Below, one piece after another: positions 55,850 through 64,000 of a stretch of DNA of 64,000 bases (position 1 is its first letter; each line of letters starts with the position of its first letter). The stretch lies in NCBI GenBank assembly GCA_043228905.1, contig JBHGNT010000010.1:13268001-13332000 (forward strand), read 5' to 3'. Position numbers and translations under genes: made by a program. Under the pieces are notes generated by a model. That model had not been told where the DNA came from. It saw only the letters and a list, made by a program, of their open reading frames with translations, and did no database searches. This DNA comes from Azolla caroliniana. Taxonomy: Eukaryota; Plantae; Polypodiophyta.

Positions 55850-57194
55850 CAGGGAGGGAGGGTGCGTTTAACACCGACTCGCACACACACACTCACACAC
55901 ACACAGGCCAAACCGACTCACACCCTTAAGTACAAGAAATGCAGGAAGGGGGAAGCACCCGACACCAACGAAGACGTGAATATACACAGACAGACGCAAA
56001 CGTATATATATATATATAAAAGAAGAATACATTCCCGGCGTCGAGCCGGACCAAGGTAGGTTACAGTAGTCGTCAGTTGCCAAGCCGCCGGTCGGGGAGC
56101 TCATGGGCTCGTCGCGCCGAGCGGGGTCTTGCGTAGGAGATGAGCTGAAGCAAACCCTAAGCGAACACGAAGGGGGAAGAAGAAGAAGAAGAAACTAATT
56201 CTAAACCTAACGGTATACCCTCTAATGCAAAATGGGCAACCCTTTCACACAGGGCGTTCCCTTCCTTTTATAGAACAAGGACAGGGATGCGTTACAATGT
56301 GGGATAAACCCCGACTTACATGGGACCGTTTGTCCCGACTTGACTACTCTTCGGCGCCATAAAGGCGCCCTCGTTATACACACTAAATGTACATGGGTGC
56401 GTACACACGCTGCACCCCGCCGATGTAGCCAATGTTTCCCGGTTTCCGCCTCTGGCCGAAATTCTTCACGACAACGTATTGTAAGAAGATACCCATTATC
56501 CTAAAATCAATTAATATTCATAAAACATACATACCCATTCTCTAAACACAATGAAGAATTCTTCAAGAGCCTTGTATGATGATGTTTTGGGGCACGATTG
56601 CTCTACTTCTTCCCACGTAGGCAGGGATAACTTTTTCATCATCAGCTCTTATATTTTCATATAACCTTAATAAAAACAAAAGAAACTAAGGTTAGAATAA
56701 AGAGAAAATAAACAAAGCAATCCAATGAACAACAATCATCACATAGATTACTCACTTTTGAAACTCTATCACCATTTCATCTAGGTTGAACTCCTTGGCG
56801 GCCACTCTTGACAATACAGATATTAATAATCTTTCATCCTTTATCCCTTACAGTGACCGCCAAGGAAGCAACTTCATGTCCTCGGCTTATTCTTCAATCA
56901 CTAAGTCACTTTTCCGTGACTTAGACTTTATCTCCACTTGTTGGTCCAACTTAGCCTTCTTTTTGCTCCCACACCTCCCCTGTTCTGAAAGTAAGTTGAA
57001 ACCATGAGTCATACTTCCTCAAGCCTTAGACTTTGTACTTTCATCAACTAGTATCCCCACTTCAAGCAGACACTGTCATTGCAATCCAGGATGCAGCCTA
57101 GGACCAAATTTTTGCAAGGCATCAAGGTACTAGTGATAAAAGAACCTAATGCGCTCTATACATGACATCTTCTGTCTATAGTCATTATCATTAT

Positions 57195-57465
57195 TGACAA
57201 GAACTGCACGCTCCCTATGCGCAACGCTCGGCCACAACCGAGCTTAGAATCATACACAGAAAATGGGAAACGAAATGCACGACACAGAGAAGAGAAGAGT
57301 ACACAGGATGTTTACGTGGAAAACCCAAACTCGGGAAAAACCACGGCAGCCCACAGGTTGCAAACTATCACTATGTTACAGTGTACAATGGTAAAGCACC
57401 GAGGCAACAACCTCGAGCTTTCTATCTTCGCCATAGGCGGCAGTTACAACAGAGGCAATGACCTC

Positions 57466-57503
<38 letters not shown>

Positions 57504-57836
57504 CACGTTACGCACTCTGATCACTTGCGCCAACAAGAATGACAACAACTCTAAAAGTTTGCCCTAAGTCATATTTATACTAATATGACTTTTCGGCTAT
57601 TTACAAATATAGTTACAATGGACTCTTAGGAACATATTTACGAATATGTCTCTTCATCCGGTGAGCACTCATCACCGGGTTTGCACCATCCGGCTCTCCG
57701 TAGTCGGGTACTCGTCATCCGGTTCTCACTGGGTCTTCTGTAGCTAGGTACTCCTCATCCGGTTTCGACCTCGGCTCAGTTTGCTCATTAGTACTGTTCT
57801 TCTGACTTCCCATCCGAAGGGACCTGTTTCCTAACA
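57195..57836 (-). mobile_element. Copia solo LTR (642 bp), related to the E LTR
   Basis: TG...CA; perfect TSD ATTAT (57190-57194, 57837-57841); shared GTGGAAAACCC and GGACCTGTTTC motifs. Confidence 0.9.
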
Positions 57837-59574
57837 ATTATTGTGGTCCTAGGTTGGCAACTTGACTTCTTCATGTGTAAGGCCAACTTACACTTTACAT
57901 TCTGCATATTTGAAGAACGGGGTAAGAGGATACTCCTTGACAAGTTGACGTCGTGCTTCGGAAGAGTGGGATCCTCCAATCATGTAGTATGTGTAATCAT
58001 TAGCCGAACTATACTTGAAGTCAACTACAATTGGGCACTAATCTAGATCTACCGTTACTAAGAATAGCATTACCGTAGCATGTGGATTTATCTTCATTTT
58101 GCTTTTCAATTTCTGCACATGCATTGAATGTGGATCTCTTATCTGTAGAGCCCGTCTTCCTATTTGTGGATCAATTGGTGGCCTTTGAATAGAACAAATT
58201 AGTACGTGAAATAGTTGTCCCTTACGGACAACTTAGTATTTACAATATTCTCTCTGATCCAATTTTGCTCTAAAGTGAGGAACCCCGAGGAAATCTGGCC
58301 ACCTGGAGGAATTACTTCGAGTTGTGTATCTTCCTCCTCATCTTCAATGAGCTCGAGTACTTTGGGCTCGTCCTCCTCAGGATGCTGTCGTTTTCTTGTA
58401 CTTCTTGTGTTCTGATTTTCCTTTTTTTGCCGGCTTCGGTGGGGTGCATGCTTGTGCAACCATGAGTTCTCCTTTGATATACAGACGCAAAGCAACAGTC
58501 AAATTGGTTTTTGTTTCTACATCTTTCTTTAAGGCTTTGGGGTGGCAGGAGTCTGTTATAAAATTGCCTTCATCAACCAGGACTCTGTGCATCCCCACTG
58601 AGCTATCAACATTGAAAAGCGGGTTCAATGAGTCATTGTCCTCATATTCAACATTCTTTATTTGCTCGTAGTCGAAGGTCTTTCCCACTTGAAGCTTTTC
58701 TTCACCTTCAGATTTTGCAAGTATGAGGAGCAAATCCCCTTCTTCCTTGGAATAGATCAACGTCCATTCCACATGGGGGTAGCTCTTGAGGCGAGGCTCC
58801 CTAGTCTTAGAGGTCCCATCACCTCCCGACTCAATCAAAGTTTTCCGAGATTCTAGCTTAAGCATGTGGTCGGCAAGTTTTTTCGTTGGGGAGGGAATCG
58901 TCAATTTGAAAGATGGTACCTTTCGACACGTTTCACTCAAAACAACAAGTAAAACCACAATGATATAAAAATATTTGTAAAACTAAACACTCTAAACCTT
59001 ATAACAAAGGTAAAGTTCATGAAAATTAGTAGAAAAACACTCGAATTTAAATGTAACCTTGTATCAAAAACACTTAAACAAAGCTAATAAAATAGCAATA
59101 AAGTTACTATTTCTAGTATATCAATCACAAAATTTGCCTCCTTCAACGGGAGTGCATCAAGTTCTCATTGAAAGCCACCCTCACTGCATCAAGTTCCCGT
59201 TGAATGAGTGTTGCTTTCAACGAGAACTCGATGCACTGCATCGAGTTCCCATTGCAAAAAATGAACAAAAATAAAATGGAATCTTTTGGGAATCTTTAGA
59301 GAGTCATAAAAAATAGTTAAAAGAAGATACTTGGCAATTTTCTTTCCCTTGTTCATGTTGCTTATGTCGACTCGAGTTGACCGGGGAGGCAAAAACGGAA
59401 GTTGTAGGATGCTTTGTGTCCTTTGCTTCTGGAATGCGAGAATGACAATGAGAAGATAATGACAATGTGAGAATTTCTTTTCTTTTGTAAAAAATTATTT
59501 TTAAATTTGATTTGTCATAGAAGAAAAATTTGAGCTATTTTCGATTTAGTTGAGCTTAGTTATCCTTAGTTGAG

Positions 59575-62500
59575 ATGTCCTCAACCTCGAGTAAAAGTTC
59601 TCTATTCTCCATTGAGCCTTTTAAATTATCTGATAGCTCGTTATTCTCTATCGACGAATATAACCGTATAAATAACAAACGATGCCATGTACAATCCAAC
59701 GATGATGTTGGGCAAAGTTCAAATTCACTTTTTTCGATCAAGCCTTTTAGCTTAGGTAGACTACGAAATAATAAAGTAGTTACAAATCATGAGGATTCTA
59801 GTTTATGTAACGTTGACAAGGATTGCCAATAAGCCTCTGAATTTTCAAAGAATTCCTCAACGAGTGTTAAAAGATATAATTTTTTTGTGTTCGGATTGCC
59901 AAATTGCATTTGATATATGCAAGCCATGTTGTGGGAATTTTTGTCTTTCAAAATTTGGAAAGGCAAACTCGAGGGGGTTGCAACAGAAGTATTTGTCACT
60001 TAATGGTGACGAACAAGATACTTTCTTGATTTCACATATGCAACTTGTTAAGGACCACGCGATAGTTTCAAGGTCTCTACATGTGGAATATTACGTCTCA
60101 CTTAGTATGAAGAGTTCTTGAGTAACTTTTAAGATTGCTTATAGCATTGGTAACATGAGGCTCTAGAGAATTCAACATCGATTAGATAAGGGCTTGTGGG
60201 TACTGTGAAAGTGTTTTTAGAATTCAAGGTATTGAAGTCTACAAAAATATAAGGTATGGAGCATTCACACCCGAAGGCCAAGAACACGAGCTAAGGTTTC
60301 AAGTATAAGTCAATCTAAAAGCAAGAAAGATGGAGAAAAGTAAAAGAAGGAAAAAGCAGACCACCAAAAAGCAGTCAGAAACAAACTCTCATAACTCTCT
60401 CGTTTGACACCCAAATATAACGTGTAAATATGGGTTAGAAAGCTTATGACGAGAGCTATCCGTAGCTTTTTAAAACTCTAAATTTGGAGCATGGATGAGG
60501 TAGATATGACGATTAGAAGATCGTTGTGTCATGGCTAAGAATAGGAGATGGAAAAGCTCTAAAAAAAGCGTGGAAAAGAAAGCAAGCGAAACTTATCTAC
60601 TAGAGGAGACCTTCATATAAAGCAAGAAGAGTGAGGTGGGGAGGGGAGTTTTTTCTTGTGGTGTTTTTCTTGCCTATTCATGTAGTGCGTTTTTCTAGTG
60701 ATCAATTCATCCTTGTAGGCTTGAGTTTATGTATCTTCTTTCTCTTGTTTCTATGATCATCACTCCTTATTAATATATCTTTGTAGATTTGGGTTTCTAT
60801 ATCTTCCTTCTCTCTCTTTTCTATCATCATCTCTCTTTTCAGGTACCTTTCAATAATACAGAATTTGCATGTAATTGTTTGATTGGGCAGCATGTCGTGA
60901 GATGGGTGGAGATATATTTCTCGAAGCAATGTGATGTTATGCCCACCACTGGAAGATTACATTTTTCAGACAACTTCACTCGTCGTGAGGTGTACCAAGC
61001 GTATAAGGATGACATGTTATTAGAAAGTGTACCTTACATATAATATCGGCATTTTAATCAATTATGGAGATTGAAGTTTAACAATGTGGTCATACCCAGC
61101 AAGGTCTGGATGGGTGTTTGCTATGTATGTGCAAGCTTAAAAAGTATGGCGAAGAGTGGGACAACAGATGAAGAAATAAACAATTAGAAGAATATATTAA
61201 AAGAACATCGAGAAAGTCAAGCGTTGGAAAGATCTAAAGCTATGCACCATCGTCAAAAAGCACCTCAATCACTGGAAAGGTACATGTACTTGATTATAGA
61301 TGGGATGGATCAAAAGAAAACAAGAACTCAACTGTGTTTGGTTATTTAAGCATGTTAGTAGATAGGGGTATTTATAAAAAGATTAAGGTCAACTTCTTAC
61401 TAGTTGGTCCCGCACATGATCACATAGATCAAATGTTTAGTCGGTTCTCCAAGAAATTAGTGAGATGTGATGCTTTCACACTTCCTATGCTATCAAAGTT
61501 TATCACTAAAGCTTATACCCCAAAGCTAGATGTACAACATTTAGATGAAGTTTATGATTCTAAAGGATTCTGTGTGAATGGTGATGGAACTCGATGTAGG
61601 GTTCTTGCTAAGCTTAATAATATAAGTTTTAACCACGTCTTCCTCATCCACAAAAGTGCGGTCGGTCCCAACTAGACGATATTGTATGCCAAACAATACT
61701 CATCTAGTTCGCAATGGGAGCCACAAGATGGATGTAGGCTCTTCTTGCATTTCCCAGATGCAGTAATCTTATGGTGCAGAACAAATGCCCTATGATGACC
61801 ACAAAAGATTGGCTGCTAGTAGTTCAATTGAAGAGCAAAAGATATATTGGATGCGGTGCCTTGAGTAAAAAACAAAAATATTGAGAAAACCAAAAAGTAC
61901 GTTGGTGATCAGGATGTGGAATGGTGGGATAACTTCTTTAATCATCAACGTACGATATTAGATAACTACTTTACGGGAGTATGGCCACTACAAAATCAAT
62001 TCGAATGGAATATTGGTGGCCCATCAATGGAGAGCACGACTCGTTTACAACCACTAGATAATCTTGAATTGAATAATCTAGGTCGTCCACGACAAAGAGA
62101 TATTTACGTGGGACCAAGATTATCGCATGTTGTTGAGGCGAGATGGCAAGGCAGTCTACATGAGCTACAAGTTGGTATGCTAGTTGCAACATTAGTTGGG
62201 GGTGATAAGTTGGGCCATCCCTTTTGGATTGCTAAAATCATTGAAATTATTAAGGATGATGAAGGCAATCAAGTTCAATCCATTGTGGTTCATTGGTATC
62301 ATACATCTTCCAAAGATGCATTTACCGGGAAGTACTCTTTAGAGATGGTTAAGGATGTCAGAGGCACAAGTAGAAAGATGAGAAGAAAGAATCTACCCAG
62401 CATGTCTACTCTAACACTTGATAATATCAACATACTCGTGTATGACTTCTCATTGACCAAAACAAGCCATCTAAGACAGACTACAATCAAGATAATAAAA

Positions 62501-62710
62501 GAGAAGGTCCCATATGTGCTTGTTGACGCATTACAGATACAAACAATGAGTATGTCTCATAATCACAGTGACGTTGGATTGCAATTGGATGAAGACAATG
62601 CATTGGTTACTAGTGATGATGAGGATGAGACTTCACAAAGCTCTTCTCGTTCATCGGGTGGGTCTGAAAGGGAAGGTGTATCTTTGGGAAGTGATGGATC
62701 TCATATATGA
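59575..62710 (+). pseudogene. Sola-like (probably Sola1) DDD transposase with C-terminal SH3-barrel-like domain; internal deletion and stops
   Basis: CDVMP, F..LW...F, CYVC, IIDGMDQKKT, FLLVGPAHDHIDQMFS; the expected middle DN..ENKN segment is missing; C-terminal VGMLVA..FWIAKI..VHWY. Confidence 0.75.
60204..60841. mobile_element. Solo LTR (638 bp) inserted in the transposase
   Basis: TGTGAAAG...CTTTTCA; perfect TSD GGTAC (60199-60203, 60842-60846). Confidence 0.85.
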
Positions 62711-63099
62711 AATGTAAATATTGTATGTTACATCAATATGACGATTCACAAATATGTATAAATATACATGTTAGTCATTTTGTAATTTTTGTACGTTCTT
62801 TTGTAAATTTTACGTATCGATTATTACGGGCATCTTTTGAAAGCCCTAAATTTTTGGACATGGTATAAATCAATATATTTTGATTCTATTTCCAAAAACC
62901 TTTACACATGCGATGGTCCTTTTTGTGAAATGACCTACTTTGTGTCTTTTTTGGACGGGTTGTTCTTAAATTGCAACATATTACCTATTTCAAATGACCC
63001 AGTGTTTATGAGGATCTAATTTCTTCCTTTTGCCTATAGGTACATGATTGTATGCGATTGAACCAAACACTAAGAGATGATTAAGGTTAGCTTTATGCT

Positions 63100-64000
63100 T
63101 AAACCATAGTGAATATGGTGTTTTCGAGGTCGGCACCGGCAATGACTAGATCATCGACCTATAACAAAATGCTAATCGGTCTAGTTCGACTCTACCGAAT
63201 GAACAATGAAGAGTTCATTTCAATGGAGCAAACCCCATCTTACGCAGTCGCTACATGATCTTCGGATTCCACTCCTAGCTTAAGTCCATACAACAACTTC
63301 TTCAATCGACAAACGACCGAAGTGTTCATTCTAGACTAAAATCTGGGGGGTTGTACCATGTACACTTGTTCCTCAATGCGAGGAATGCGTTCTTTACATC
63401 CATCTGATTTAAGTGCCACCCCTTTGCCGCTGCTACCTCCAGCAAGACATGGATGGTCATCATCTTCACAACCGGTTGCGCGAAGGTCTCGTCATAATCA
63501 ATGTCGCGTGGTTGCACGTAGCCCTTGGCCACCAATCGGGCCTTATATTGGTTGACAGAGCCGACAACGTTGCACTTGGCCTTGTACACCCACTTGCATC
63601 CAATCGGCTTCACACCCTTGGGGGCTTCAACCAGATCCCAAGTTTCATTCTTTGCTCAGGTGTGCATCTCTTCCTCCATTGTGGCATGCCAATTTGCGTC
63701 CTTTACTGCTTCTTCGTAGTTCTCCAGCTCACGCACTTCAGCCACCTTCACCATATACGCATAATGAGCGCCATAAAATCATTATACCTGTACTGAATTA
63801 CGAGATTATTCTAGCAGGTGGATCGGCATAACTTCTGGTTTGCCGATTTCTTGGCCCTCTCGGCTGACTTTGACCTCGTTTTCAGAGGTCCCTCTTTGCT
63901 CCTGGCCACACCGAGTTCTCTTTGATCAAATGTATCGGCCTCATTACCATATTCCGACATCTTCATCTTCTCCTTCTCCTTGCGCGTAAACCGTCTCCTC
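63100..64000 (-). pseudogene. Copia RT remnant of the same family as element A
   Basis: [31 protein letters not shown]; colinear with 21560-22400; left boundary approximate. Confidence 0.88.

Larger units (their letters stand above)
51296..56473 (-). mobile_element. Non-autonomous gag-only LTR retrotransposon (TR-GAG-like) of the tRNA-Trp group
   Basis: LTRs 55651-56473 and 51296-52097; TSD ACGT (51292-51295, 56474-56477); perfect 18-nt tRNA-Trp PBS 55629-55646; PPT 52098-52110 same as D; no pol motifs. Confidence 0.93.
49993..59400 (-). pseudogene. Intron-containing ParB-like domain plus beta-class N6A/N4C DNA methyltransferase gene, interrupted by a TR-GAG element and a solo LTR
   Basis: YYMIGGSHSSEARRQL (GGSH 57966-57977); LLVADIPYG (DIPY 51012-51023); W|VK across intron 50730-50818; NSYQKP; WVLNLFSGT|xTMIAC...RNSVALEKD across intron 50349-50440; 5' end approximate. 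Confidence 0.82.
49167..63006. mobile_element. Complete Sola-like DNA transposon carrying a transposase and a ParB-like/DNA amino-methyltransferase gene
   Basis: 35-bp TIRs 49167-49201 and 62972-63006 (3 mismatches); 4-bp TSD TATG (49163-49166, 63007-63010); the empty site restores the copia H integrase frame. Confidence 0.9.

Noticed and set aside
55705-56104. RERERE/LSLSLS ORFs in the TR-GAG LTRs
   Set aside because: They are translations of (GA)n, (CA)n and (TA)n microsatellites.

Overview
Eukaryotic (most likely non-seed land plant) heterochromatin-type window made entirely of transposable elements; I found no host gene, rRNA, intact tRNA or CRISPR. It is a nest up to six levels deep: an old minus-strand copia (H) hosts copia E, which hosts gypsy C, which hosts copia A, which hosts gypsy fragment B, which hosts a very young, intact gypsy G (2337-18216). 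G has a 1938-aa gag-pol, an extra ~890-990-aa ORF and a triplicated 3024-bp 3' end. The main finding is a complete 13.84-kb DNA transposon (49167-63006; 35-bp TIRs, 4-bp TSD TATG; ~7.4 kb after removing three nested insertions). It carries a Sola-like DDD transposase with a C-terminal SH3-barrel-like domain and, divergently, an intron-containing gene for a ParB-like domain fused to a beta-class N6-adenine/N4-cytosine DNA methyltransferase. Both genes are decayed in this copy. Other points of interest: a tRNA-Trp-primed gypsy group whose 4-bp TSDs all have a central CG; a -1 frameshift heptamer plus pseudoknot between protease and RT; two elements with Tf1-type self-priming PBSs; a tRNA-like A/B-box cassette inside an LTR; and a degenerate Penelope-type hammerhead ribozyme in an insert flanked by a 244-bp duplication. 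All family assignments come from motif recognition by eye, not from database searches.
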